DNA of 64,000 bases, from NCBI GenBank assembly GCA_963765005.1, contig CAVXUP010000008.1:244396-308395 (forward strand), read 5' to 3'. Within the stretch, counting starts at the first letter, position 1. Each line of letters starts with the position of its first letter. Both the position numbers and the translations under genes were made by a program. Below the pieces are notes generated by a model. The model was not told where the DNA came from and did no database searches. It saw nothing but the letters and a program-made list of their open reading frames with translations. Below, in pieces: positions 10,254 to 20,041 of this stretch. Origin of the DNA: an uncultured Bacteroidales bacterium. Its GTDB lineage: Bacteria > Bacteroidota > Bacteroidia > Bacteroidales > VadinHA17.

Positions 10254-11492
10254 ATGCAGACAGAAGAAAACATAAGGGTTGCGATCTATGGACTGCGCGA
10301 CCATAAATTCAGATCATTCCTGACAATGCTCGGTATCATTTTCGGAACGGCTTCTGTTATTGCCATGATCTCAATTGGAGAAGGGGCAAAGAAACAGGCT
10401 ATGGCCAAGTACCAGGACCTTGGGGTAAGCAATATCATTATCCGCGACAAGGATCTTGCTGATAAGGATCTTGAACAGGTCCGGATAAAATTTTCGCAGG
10501 GACTGTCGCTCGACGATACAAAGGCGATATCCGAAATTGTCCCCGGAGTGCTGGGAATAGCACCTCAGTCGGAGACGAAACTCGAGGCAATGTATGGCGA
10601 CAAATCATCAAAGGCTACGGTTATCGGGGTAACACCTGATGTGACAAAAATCCTGAACTACAGGATTGATAAGGGGATCTTTATTGACCAGGACCACTAT
10701 GACAGGAACTTAAAAGTATGTGTCCTCGGGGCAAATATCTCCCGTGAGCTTTTCAGCTATGAAGATCCTGTCGGGAAGAATATAAAACTCGGGGATCAGT
10801 GGTTTGAAGTTGCCGGAGTGCTTCAGACAAAGGCTCTTTTCACCGAGACAGTAGGGGAACTTGCCGCCCGCGACCTGAATAATGATGTCTATATTCCCCT
10901 TTCAACCTTTGGGAAAAGGATACCCAAGACAAACATGCTGACAAGCGAACTGAAACAGGCAACAATTAAACTGGAGAGTTCTGAAAAGCTTATAGAATCA
11001 GCCGCCATCATCAGGAGCATTATTTCGAGACGTCATTTCAACAACGACGATTTCAGCATCGTTATTCCCTATGAGCTGATGGAACAGGAGAAGAAAGAGA
11101 GCCGAATTTACAATCTCCTTCTTGCATCAATTGCAGCAATTTCGCTGATAGTGGGTGGAATAGGAATTATGAATATAATGCTTGCCTCGGTGATGGAAAG
11201 AACCCGTGAAATTGGAATCAGGCGGGCAATCGGAGGAAAAAGATCCGATATCATGGGTCAGTTTGTAACCGAGGCTATGGCAATGAGCATTACAGGAGGA
11301 CTGATAGGAGTATTTCTGGGGATTTTCCTTTCTCTTGGAATTGCGCTCTTTACGGAGGTTAGCACCAGGCTTACTTTTTACTCCATATTTATCGCTTTCG
11401 GCTTTTCTGTTATTGTCGGGATTACCTTCGGCTACCTCCCTGCAAAAAGGGCGGCTGATTTGAAGCCGATTGAATCGATCAGGCATGAATAG
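10254..11492 (+). CDS. MacB/FtsX-family ABC transporter permease
   Basis: RSFLTMLGIIFG, GGIGIMNIML..V.ERTREIGIRRAIG, PAKRAA.LKPIESIRHE. Confidence 0.95.
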   Translation: MQTEENIRVAIYGLRDHKFRSFLTMLGIIFGTASVIAMISIGEGAKKQAMAKYQDLGVSNIIIRDKDLADKDLEQVRIKFSQGLSLDDTKAISEIVPGVLGIAPQSETKLEAMYGDKSSKATVIGVTPDVTKILNYRIDKGIFIDQDHYDRNLKVCVLGANISRELFSYEDPVGKNIKLGDQWFEVAGVLQTKALFTETVGELAARDLNNDVYIPLSTFGKRIPKTNMLTSELKQATIKLESSEKLIESAAIIRSIISRRHFNNDDFSIVIPYELMEQEKKESRIYNLLLASIAAISLIVGGIGIMNIMLASVMERTREIGIRRAIGGKRSDIMGQFVTEAMAMSITGGLIGVFLGIFLSLGIALFTEVSTRLTFYSIFIAFGFSVIVGITFGYLPAKRAADLKPIESIRHE

Positions 11493-11628
11493 TGGAATTA
11501 AAATTTACTCGCATATACCCGGTAGGTTGATTACATAGTCAAACTGCCTGTTCTGCCGATTAATAATATTTGTAATAAATCTTTCATCAATAGTTATTTA
11601 TATCAAGAGTAAATATTAATTTCGCGGA

Positions 11629-12004
11629 ATGAAATGTTACTCGAAAATAGCAGTTATCTTTTTTGCTTTATTAATAATCTGTATTAATTCAGGGTTTTTA
11701 AAAAGTAATATAACGCAGGAGAGTTTAACATATTTTGAGGAATCATACCCCTCCTCTGGTCGTTTTTCGATGCAGAATATATTTCTTTATCAAACAACAG
11801 ATCTAAACCTCAAAAGTAATCTGGTTCCTGAAAAAACTGAAAAATTCTTACAGAAAATTAAAACTCCTTTGGGTTTAAGGACTGGAACTATAATTAAAAA
11901 AAATCATCAACAATCCTTTAAAAATCCATAATCAGGATCCAACTTTAATTGCTGATATCTTTAGCCCGCCTGATATCAGTTTCCCATTTAATTATTTCTG
12001 GTAA
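11629..12004 (+). pseudogene. Small hypothetical protein ending DISFPFNYFW, with a frameshift in the A8 run at 11896-11903
   Basis: ORF 11629-11931 continues in the +1 frame as KIINNPLKIHNQDPTLIADIFSPPDISFPFNYFW* when one A is removed. Confidence 0.55.
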
Positions 12005-12247
12005 TTCACTTTTGCTTCACATTTGGTCAAAAGTAGACTTGATCGGTAATGATATCAGCCTCTTAAAGGCATGTATCAGTTGTCATACCTGTTTAGAACC
12101 AAAATTTTGATAGCCAAAAAGTTATAGCTTAAAGTGACTTCTAAACACCTTATAACTTATTCGGAAATCAGAAGACCTTGTCAATATTTTAAAAGGGTTG
12201 AATCGAAGTTCAAATGTCAAAAACGATTTACTTAATGAAATAATAAA

Positions 12248-12761
12248 ATGGAAACAAGTACAACAATTATAGGACTGCTGCTTCTTGCACTTTTTGTCAT
12301 TACCGATAGTTTTGATATCAAGGTCAGGAATGAGCAAGGGGAGGAAGTTTGAAAAAGAATTTTTTTCAGAATCATCAAGAAATAAACTGGAAATCTCGGA
12401 TAAATCGATCTGGGACAATCAAGCCATCGGGATCGATTCAACAAAAAACAGAATATTGTATCTTGACTGGAATGATTACGACAGAGTAGATCATATCTTT
12501 GAATTAAAAGAATTGAAAGTATTCGATCAGCTCCTGGTTTTGAGATAGGAATAAAAGAATTTCAGTTATAAGAAAGTTGAAAGACTTGGCTTGAAATTTA
12601 AATTCAGAGATCCATCCAGATCTGATATTGATATTATCTTTTTTGCTGCCGGAATGGGGCATATAACTGATGAAAAAATCAATTTGTTCGAAAAATGGTC
12701 TGGGATCATCGGAAAAAGAATGGAAACCAAAACTTCTGATGATTTAAGACATACTGGTTGA
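12248..12761 (+). pseudogene. Single-TM hypothetical protein with multiple frameshifts
   Basis: METSTTIIGLLLLALFV / PIVLISRSG..AIGIDSTKNRILYL / KNFSYKKVERLGLKF..EKWSGII are separated by frameshifts and stops. Confidence 0.55.
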
Positions 12762-12949
12762 TAGAAATACTGTATTATGGGTGAAGTTGAAAAGAATTTG
12801 TAGAAAAAAGAATAAAAACCGGAGGTTCTGGAATTAATAATGAAGATACAATATCAACAGATGCACTGATATTTGGACGTGGTCCATCCGGCCAGTTAGT
12901 ATACAGAATATTTCATGTGAAAATTTGATAAACCTTTATTTCTAATTAT

Positions 12950-14320
12950 ATGTATTACAGTATTTTACAATCTGTCTTTTCTGTTGCGAGAAGAGCATTC
13001 CTTTTTATTGTTTTACTAATGATACCATGTATTGCCTCAGCATCGACAGGTAAGATATTTTCTGTTGGTCCGATTAGGGTAGAATTCATAATTTTTGGAT
13101 TATTACTTTTAGGTGTTGCGTTTTTTCATAAACACACATTTGGGGTTGCAGTTACTGGACTGACTGTATTATTGACCTTCAAACTTGTTTTTGATCCGGG
13201 ATTTCATGTCCTTGAACATCTTTTCGGAACAACTCCATTTGGAGAACAGCTTATGGACAAGGGATTACGGCAGGGGGAATGGGGAATTATCCTAAATCTT
13301 CTGGGTCTGTTGCTTGGGTTTTCTCTTTTATCAAAAATATTTGAAGAATCACGTGTCCCGGATGTACTTCCAAGGTTTTTGCCAGATGACTGGAAAGGTC
13401 CGTTTTTGCTCCTTGTTTTCGTATTTGTCCTATCATCCTTTCTGGATAATATTGCCGCTGCACTGATCGGGGGCACAATAGCCCTTGTTGTTTTCAATAA
13501 GAAAGTTCATATCGGGTACATTGCCGCAATAGTTGCAGCCAGTAATGGCGGAGGCAGCGGAAGCGTGGTTGGTGACACTACAACGACAATGATGTGGATT
13601 GACGGAGTAAGTGCATTTAACGTTTTGCATGGGTTTATTGCCGCTGGTGTTGCACTCCTCTTTTTTGCATGGTTTGCCTCACACCAGCAGGACAGATACC
13701 AAAGAATACAAAAGGATGCAGGGCTATCCATAAGAATTGACTTGGTAAAGATTATTAATGTCAGTCTTATTCTTGCCGGAGCTATAATCTCGAATATACT
13801 TTATGATATGCCGGCCCTGGGTGTCTGGATAGCTATTTTTATCGGAGCACTTTTCCGACCTGTTCCATGGAAGGAGGTTCCGGGTGCTATAAAGGGAACC
13901 ATTTTCCTGCTTTGCCTTGTATTCTGCGCTTCAATGATGCCGGTTGAAGAACTTCCGGATGCATCATGGGTGACAGCACTTGCTCTTGGGTTCCTGTCAG
14001 CAGTTTTTGATAATATCCCGCTAACAAAGCTTTGCCTCGATCAGGGTCATTATGACTGGGGAATGCTGGCTTACAGTGTGGGATTTGGCGGGTCAATGAT
14101 CTGGTTTGGTTCCTCGGCAGGAGTAGCACTCACCAACAAGTTTCCCGAGTCCCGTAATGTATTTCTCTGGGTTAAAAAGGGCTGGCATATCGCTGTTGCC
14201 TATATAATTGGGTTCTTTGTGCTATACTTTATAATGGGGTGGGAGCCAGCGGATAACAAAGAACATAAAATAATTAACTGTCCCGTTCCTGGTTGCCCGA
14301 TAATTAATAAACCAGACTGA
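12950..14320 (+). CDS. NhaD/CitM-like ion transporter (IT superfamily)
   Basis: LSSFLDNIAAA, ASNGGGSGSVVGDTTTTMMW, SAVFDNIPL, GFGGSM.WFGSSAGVA. Confidence 0.85.
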   Translation: MYYSILQSVFSVARRAFLFIVLLMIPCIASASTGKIFSVGPIRVEFIIFGLLLLGVAFFHKHTFGVAVTGLTVLLTFKLVFDPGFHVLEHLFGTTPFGEQLMDKGLRQGEWGIILNLLGLLLGFSLLSKIFEESRVPDVLPRFLPDDWKGPFLLLVFVFVLSSFLDNIAAALIGGTIALVVFNKKVHIGYIAAIVAASNGGGSGSVVGDTTTTMMWIDGVSAFNVLHGFIAAGVALLFFAWFASHQQDRYQRIQKDAGLSIRIDLVKIINVSLILAGAIISNILYDMPALGVWIAIFIGALFRPVPWKEVPGAIKGTIFLLCLVFCASMMPVEELPDASWVTALALGFLSAVFDNIPLTKLCLDQGHYDWGMLAYSVGFGGSMIWFGSSAGVALTNKFPESRNVFLWVKKGWHIAVAYIIGFFVLYFIMGWEPADNKEHKIINCPVPGCPIINKPD

Positions 14321-14348
14321 GCTGCAGAGCAGCGAAAAAACGCTGCAA

Positions 14349-14825
14349 CTATCCTTTTTGGGGTGTCCTCTCCTGCCTGATCATTTTTTCGAAACAGACA
14401 CTATTCTCCACACCGGTATACTGCCCCCAGTTGGGGATTTGCCGATAGCCGTTCTTCCTATACAACGCAATGGCATCAGGTTGTCTTATGCCGGTTTCCA
14501 GAATGCACTTTGGATAATTCAGTTCCCGGGCCCAGCATTCAAGTTCAGTAAGAATTTTTGAGGCCACACCCATGTTTCTGCTCCCTGGTGAAACATACAT
14601 TCTTTTAATCTCCATAGCTTCCTTTCCATATGCTTTTATAGCCCCACACCCAACAGGCGTATCATCCTCAAAAGCAATAACAACGTAACTGATATTGTCA
14701 ATTTTGTTGAACTGTGAATAAAAGGAATGTTCTTCCCCATCAATAATTGCCAGTTCTGCGTCCAGCAATCTCACAAGGTTCCTGAAATCCTTGTCATCAG
14801 AATTGGTCCTTACAATTCTTATCAT
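14349..14825 (-). CDS. GNAT family N-acetyltransferase
   Basis: VGCGA, EIKRMYV...RNMGVA, LETG..QPDAIALYRK.GY; ATG at 14825 follows a TATTTTTG promoter. Confidence 0.9.
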   Translation of the reverse strand: MIRIVRTNSDDKDFRNLVRLLDAELAIIDGEEHSFYSQFNKIDNISYVVIAFEDDTPVGCGAIKAYGKEAMEIKRMYVSPGSRNMGVASKILTELECWARELNYPKCILETGIRQPDAIALYRKNGYRQIPNWGQYTGVENSVCFEKMIRQERTPQKG

Positions 14826-14857
14826 CTGGCAAAAATAATAATAATTAATATCCCATG

Positions 14858-14897
14858 CCCTACACCTTGCAACCTGCAACCTGCAACCTGACCCTGC
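14858..14897. repeat. Heptamer tract (GCAACCT)n
   Basis: caccttgcaacctgcaacctgcaac, also present at 52974-53012. Confidence 0.8.
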
Positions 14898-14901
14898 CAA
14901 C

Positions 14902-14936
14902 AAAAAGCCCCGGCGATATGCTTACCAGGGCTGTTT
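14902..14936 (-). terminator. Intrinsic terminator downstream of tRNA-Gln
   Basis: Minus strand AGCCCTGG..CCGGGGCT followed by a T-run. Confidence 0.6.
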
Positions 14937-14948
14937 GTGCTTATATTG

Positions 14949-15021
14949 TTGACCCACCAGGTTTCGAACCTGGACTCTTCAGAACCAAAATCTGACGTGT
15001 TGCCAATTACACCATGGGTCA
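14949..15021 (-). tRNA. tRNA-Gln (anticodon TTG)
   Basis: TGACCCA-TGGTGTAATTGGCAACAC-GTCAGATTTTGGTTCTGA-..CCAGGTTCGAAACCTGG-TGGGTCA-A cloverleaf; CCA not encoded. Confidence 0.97.
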
Positions 15022-15041
15022 GTCGGCAAAAATTTCCGATG

Positions 15042-15049
15042 CAAAACTA
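15042..15049 (-). promoter_or_regulatory. Bacteroidota -7 promoter element (TAGTTTTG) for tRNA-Gln
   Basis: Matches TAnnTTTG 20 bp upstream of the tRNA; overlaps the stop of the upstream ORF. Confidence 0.6.
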
Positions 15050-15310
15050 TAAAATCTTTTCCTGATTAAAAAGAGTTCTGTCACTCTCTTCCCACAATGT
15101 CGGATGCTCCTCCTCAAATCGCTTGAGAATAGCTTTCATTATCGTCTCCCTGAGAAATTCAGATTTATTCTTCACCCTGAACCGGTTGCAGTAGATGCCA
15201 AGTGCCCTCAGCTCCCTGTTGTTCAGCATGAGCGAAAGACGGTTTGTCCTTTTAAGCTTATCATCCTTATATACCGTACGTCTTCCTTCCATTTGCACGC
15301 AATACGGCAT
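15047..15310 (-). CDS. Small hypothetical protein, ribbon-helix-helix-like
   Basis: RLSLMLN..E..AL..YC......NKSEFLRETIM pattern; start may be 15292. Confidence 0.7.
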   Translation of the reverse strand: MPYCVQMEGRRTVYKDDKLKRTNRLSLMLNNRELRALGIYCNRFRVKNKSEFLRETIMKAILKRFEEEHPTLWEESDRTLFNQEKIL

Positions 15311-15366
15311 CTAAATTAAAAAAACAGCTTGTTAAGAATTTACAGAATTGAAATAGTTTTTAACAG

Positions 15367-15400
15367 AAAAAAAACAGCCAGTCTGTATTTGACTGGCTGT
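15367..15400 (-). terminator. Intrinsic terminator of fba
   Basis: ACAGCCAGTC-loop-GACTGGCTGT followed by a T-run on the minus strand. Confidence 0.8.
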
Positions 15401-15438
15401 CTGCATGTTATTCTATTGACAACTTTTACCGAATACTC

Positions 15439-16410
15439 TTATGCTTTATCAGCGCTGCCAAGAACATTAACAACTTTGTGTTTATAAAGCTCTTTCAGCT
15501 TGTCGCGGGCTGGTCCCAGGTAGTTGCGAGGATCGAATTCACCCGGCTTCTCTACAAAAACCTTGCGGATTGCAGCTGTCATTGCAAGACGGCCGTCACT
15601 GTCGATGTTGATCTTGCAGACTGCTGATTTTGCCGCCCGGCGCAACTGATCTTCAGATATTCCAACGGTATTTTCCATCTTCCCGCCGTATTTGTTTATG
15701 TCAGCAACTATATCCTGAGGCACTGAAGATGCTCCATGGAGAACGATCGGGAATCCCGGAATACGCTTTTCACAATCTTCGAGAATGTCAAAACGGAGAG
15801 GAGGAGGAAGCTGGCCGGGGGTCACCTTGAATTTAAAGGCGCCATGTGATGTGCCGATAGAAATTGCAAGAGAGTCAACTCCTGTTTTTTTCACAAAGTC
15901 TTCAACCTCTTCAGGTCTTGTATATGATGTATGATCTGAAGATACTTCATCTTCAATTCCTGCAAGAACACCTAACTCGCCCTCGACAGTTACATCATAC
16001 TGATGCGCATAGTCAACAACCTGTTTTGTTAAGCGAACATTTTCCTCATAGGGAAAATGCGATCCGTCGATCATTACAGAAGAGAAACCTGTCTCTATAC
16101 ACGATTTGCATGTTTCAAATGTATCACCATGATCAAGATGCAAAACAATCGGAATTGCATAACCAAGCTCCTTTGCATACTCTACAGCACCCTTGGCAAG
16201 GTATTGAAGCAAAGTCTGGTTGGCATACTTCCTGGCACCTTTTGACACCTGGAGAATCACAGGAGATTTTGTCTCCACACAGGCACTTATAATTGCCTGA
16301 AGCTGTTCAAGATTGTTGAAATTAAAAGCAGGAATAGCATATCCGCCTTTCACTGCACTCTTAAACAAATCCCTCGAATTAACTAACCCTAGTTCTTTAT
16401 AATGTAGCAT
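15439..16410 (-). CDS. fba: Class II fructose-1,6-bisphosphate aldolase
   Basis: LHLDHG, SVMIDGS, VEGELG, GTSHGA, VLHGASS, KINID. Confidence 0.97.
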   Translation of the reverse strand: MLHYKELGLVNSRDLFKSAVKGGYAIPAFNFNNLEQLQAIISACVETKSPVILQVSKGARKYANQTLLQYLAKGAVEYAKELGYAIPIVLHLDHGDTFETCKSCIETGFSSVMIDGSHFPYEENVRLTKQVVDYAHQYDVTVEGELGVLAGIEDEVSSDHTSYTRPEEVEDFVKKTGVDSLAISIGTSHGAFKFKVTPGQLPPPLRFDILEDCEKRIPGFPIVLHGASSVPQDIVADINKYGGKMENTVGISEDQLRRAAKSAVCKINIDSDGRLAMTAAIRKVFVEKPGEFDPRNYLGPARDKLKELYKHKVVNVLGSADKA

Positions 16411-16621
16411 AATGTATTGATTATTAATAAGCCGCACAATATAGATATTTTAGCTTTTACGGCCAAAAGAATTACCAAAAATATGCAATAAAAACCATTT
16501 AAAGCCCTTTTCATAAGGACGATGGCCTGTCTTAAGATAACTCAAAAAAAAGTTCAATCTGTCCAAGATATTGATTATCTTCGTACCCTTGTTTTTTTAC
16601 CGTTTTGAATGACACTATAAT

Positions 16622-18004
16622 ATGAAAAAGTTACTGTTCATTATCATTTTAACAATAATCGCCTCGCAGGGATTGCTTTTTTCGCAGCAGAAGGTCTGGG
16701 CGCTTGATGAATGTATTTACTACGCAATAGACAATAACATCCAGATCAAGCAGCAGGATATCCAGACAAAATACCAGCAGAACACCCTTGACCTTTCAAA
16801 GTACAAGCTCCTGCCTACCCTTAACGGATCTGCATCGCAGAACTATACCTGGGGCCGCGCCCTGGATGAGACAACATACAGGTATACCGAAAATACGCAG
16901 GCAAGGTCGAATAACTTCTTTGTCGGAGGCAGCCTCCCCATCTTTAACGGATTGCAGAATTACAACACGATAAAGAAGTATGAGTACGAAGTGCTTGCCG
17001 GAGAGCAGGACCTTCAGAATATTAAGGAAAACATAAGCCTGACTGTTGCCCTTAATTATCTTCAGATAATCCTCAATAAGGAACTTGTTGCAACAACAAA
17101 CGATCAGCTTCAGATCACCCTGCAGCAGATAGCAAAGACAAAAAAGCTTGTTGACGCAGGAAGCACCGCAAGGGGCAACCTTCTGCAGATCGAGTCGCAG
17201 GCAGCCCAGGAGGAGCTTCAGCTTATCAATATCAAAAATCAGCTTGACCTTTCATACCTCGACCTCACTCAGCTGCTTGAGCTTAAAACAGCTGCAGGTT
17301 TTGAGGTTGTTGTTCCCGACATAGCCATTGATACAAATACAGTAATTACTGAGACTGTCGATGATATCTACGCTGTTGCCGTAGGAGGGAGACCCTCTGT
17401 AAAAAGTTCCGAGATGAAGCTGACGGCCAGCGAATATGACCTTAGAATTTCAAAGGGAGGCAGAAGCCCGAGGATAACAATGAACCACTCCTTCAATACC
17501 GGATATTCCGATATCAGGCAGAAGGTTCTGGGCATTGATCCAAACAACCAGTCAATTATCTATGGGGAGTACCCGTTTAAAGAACAGGTTAATGACAACA
17601 TAAACTGGGGACTTGGTTTTTCACTTACTGTTCCGATTCTGAACGGATGGCAGGTTAACAAGAACATTGCAAATGCCAAGCTTGGCATAGAAAGCAGCAA
17701 ATACGAACTTGAAGGCACAAAGAAACAACTGTACAAAAATATTCAGCAGGCATATGCTGATGCTGTTGCTGCACTTAAAAAATATAATGCAAGCACAAAA
17801 GCAGTCACTTCAATGCAGGAATCATTCAGGTATACCGAGCAGAAATTCAATGTCGGCCTAGTTACTCCTGTCGACTACAATACCGCCAAAAGCCAGCTTC
17901 TGCAGGCTCAGTCAACCCTTGCCCAGGCAAAGTATGAATTTATCTTCAAGACAAAAGTACTTGACTTTTACAGGGGTCTTCCTTTAAGTCTAACCACAAA
18001 CTAA
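16622..18004 (+). CDS. TolC-family outer membrane efflux protein
   Basis: L.ECI.YA..NN, two OEP repeats, YTEQKFNVG, QAKYEF. Confidence 0.92.
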   Translation: MKKLLFIIILTIIASQGLLFSQQKVWALDECIYYAIDNNIQIKQQDIQTKYQQNTLDLSKYKLLPTLNGSASQNYTWGRALDETTYRYTENTQARSNNFFVGGSLPIFNGLQNYNTIKKYEYEVLAGEQDLQNIKENISLTVALNYLQIILNKELVATTNDQLQITLQQIAKTKKLVDAGSTARGNLLQIESQAAQEELQLINIKNQLDLSYLDLTQLLELKTAAGFEVVVPDIAIDTNTVITETVDDIYAVAVGGRPSVKSSEMKLTASEYDLRISKGGRSPRITMNHSFNTGYSDIRQKVLGIDPNNQSIIYGEYPFKEQVNDNINWGLGFSLTVPILNGWQVNKNIANAKLGIESSKYELEGTKKQLYKNIQQAYADAVAALKKYNASTKAVTSMQESFRYTEQKFNVGLVTPVDYNTAKSQLLQAQSTLAQAKYEFIFKTKVLDFYRGLPLSLTTN

Positions 18005-18024
18005 TCCATAAAGTCACTAATACC

Positions 18025-19284
18025 ATGAAAACCAACAAGATACTTAAGTTTTTATTGCCCGCAGTAGTTGTCCTTTTAATATTCGCAGTAGTTGGCAAAA
18101 AGCAGGGGTGGTTTGGAAAAGCTCTCACTGTTAAAGTTGCGGTTGAAAATGCCGAAAAACGTCAGATAGTTGAAACCGTTACTGCAAACGGAAAAATTCA
18201 GCCGGAGAAAGAGGTTAAGATCAGTCCTGATGTGTCAGGAGAGATTGTTGAACTCACAATAAAGGAGGGAGACCCGGTTGTAAAGGGCCAGCTTCTTCTC
18301 AGGATCAAGCCCGACACTTACATCTCTCAGAAGGACAGGTCAACTGCAGCAATCAGCTCTGCCAGAGCCCGTCTTGCCCAGTCGGAGGCACAATTCACCC
18401 AGGCTGAATTATCATTTAAAAGAAATAAACAGCTATACGAGGAACAGACGATCTCAAAATCAGAGTTTGAACAGTCCCAGTCGTCATATGCAGTTGCCAA
18501 ATCAGAGGTAGATGCAGCAAAATTCTCCATAATCAGCGCTGAAGCATCACTAAAAGAGGCTAATGAGAACCTTCTTAAAACATCTATTTATGCGCCGATG
18601 TCAGGCACAGTTTCAATGCTTCTTGTTGAACTTGGAGAAAGGGTCGCAGGGACAAACCTGATGGCAGGTACGGAACTGCTCCGCATTGCTGATCTTTCAA
18701 GAATGGAAGCCCAGGTTGAGGTTAATGAGAACGACATTGTTAGAGTTGACATCGGCGATACAGCACTGATTGAAGTGGATGCTTACCTCGACACCAAATT
18801 CAAGGGTATTGTGACAGAGATCGCAAACTCAGCCAAAACAACAGGGGTTTCTGCAGATCAGGTTACAAACTTCGATGTCAAGATCCTTGTTCTCCCTGAA
18901 TCGTATATGAAACTTATTGAAAACGGAGGCTCTAATCCATTCAGGCCCGGTATGTCGGCTACAGTTGATATCCAGACCGAACTCAAGAAGGATATTTTAA
19001 CTGTTCCGATACAGTCGGTTACTACGCGTACCGACACAACAAAAACGTCAGTAACCCTCTCAAAAGAGGATATCCGGACCCTTGTATTCATAAGCGACGG
19101 TACATATGCTCTTGCAAAGGATGTCAAAACCGGAGTGCAGGATAACAACTATATAGAGATCCTTTCAGGCATTTCTGCCGGTGACCAGGTTGTAAGTGCC
19201 CCATTCAGCGCAATCAGCAAAAAACTTTCAGACAGTACCCTGATAGAAATTGTAAAGAAAGCGGATCTCTTTAAGGAGAAATAG
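18025..19284 (+). CDS. Efflux membrane-fusion protein (MacA-like)
   Basis: ANGKIQPE.EVKISPDVSGEI, VNENDI, FRPGMSA. Confidence 0.92.
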   Translation: MKTNKILKFLLPAVVVLLIFAVVGKKQGWFGKALTVKVAVENAEKRQIVETVTANGKIQPEKEVKISPDVSGEIVELTIKEGDPVVKGQLLLRIKPDTYISQKDRSTAAISSARARLAQSEAQFTQAELSFKRNKQLYEEQTISKSEFEQSQSSYAVAKSEVDAAKFSIISAEASLKEANENLLKTSIYAPMSGTVSMLLVELGERVAGTNLMAGTELLRIADLSRMEAQVEVNENDIVRVDIGDTALIEVDAYLDTKFKGIVTEIANSAKTTGVSADQVTNFDVKILVLPESYMKLIENGGSNPFRPGMSATVDIQTELKKDILTVPIQSVTTRTDTTKTSVTLSKEDIRTLVFISDGTYALAKDVKTGVQDNNYIEILSGISAGDQVVSAPFSAISKKLSDSTLIEIVKKADLFKEK

Positions 19285-19305
19285 ACCAGGATACTTTCAC
19301 AAATA

Positions 19306-20004
19306 ATGATAATTTGTCTTGAGACAGCGACAAATCTTTGCTCTGTTGCATTATGCGGAAATGACGGAGTAACAGCAATAAGAGAGAGCGACGAAACGAA
19401 GTCGCACGCCTCAATGCTGACCGTTTTCATCGATGAGATACTCAGGGAATACGGAGTAAAACTTAATGAACTTGAAGCAATAGCTGTAAGCAAGGGACCC
19501 GGGTCTTATACCGGTCTGCGGATAGGGGTTTCTGTAGCAAAGGGTCTTGCCTATGGAGCATCCATTCCCCTTATTGGGATCGATACCACACTCTCGATGT
19601 TTCACGGTTTCGCTGCCAGTAAAATAAAAAAGCAGGAAGCGGACTCAGATACGATTTTCTGTCCCATGCTTGATGCACGAAGGATGGAGGTATATTATGC
19701 CCTGTACAATTCAGAAGGAAAATTAATAAAAGATATCTCTGCAGAAGTTATTACAGCCGAATCGTTCAGAGAGTTCCCTTCAACGCAGGAGATTCTCTTT
19801 TTTGGCTCTGGTTCAGTGAAATGCAGGGAAGTTATTTCCCGGCCCGATTCTTGCTTTGATAATAAATACAGGATATCAGCCGCTCATATGCACAAACCTG
19901 CATATGAAGCTTATAACAAAAAAATATTCGAAGATGTCGCATACTTCGAACCTTTTTACCTGAAAGATTTCATTGCGACTAAACAAAGGAAGAACATACT
20001 CTGA
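19306..20004 (+). CDS. tsaB: tRNA threonylcarbamoyladenosine biosynthesis protein TsaB
   Basis: ETAT..CSVAL, GPGSYTGLRIG, DARRMEVY, EPFYLK. Confidence 0.95.
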   Translation: MIICLETATNLCSVALCGNDGVTAIRESDETKSHASMLTVFIDEILREYGVKLNELEAIAVSKGPGSYTGLRIGVSVAKGLAYGASIPLIGIDTTLSMFHGFAASKIKKQEADSDTIFCPMLDARRMEVYYALYNSEGKLIKDISAEVITAESFREFPSTQEILFFGSGSVKCREVISRPDSCFDNKYRISAAHMHKPAYEAYNKKIFEDVAYFEPFYLKDFIATKQRKNIL

Positions 20005-20041
20005 TAACACATTTGCGGCGGGCAAAACAGAAGGAAAAGGA

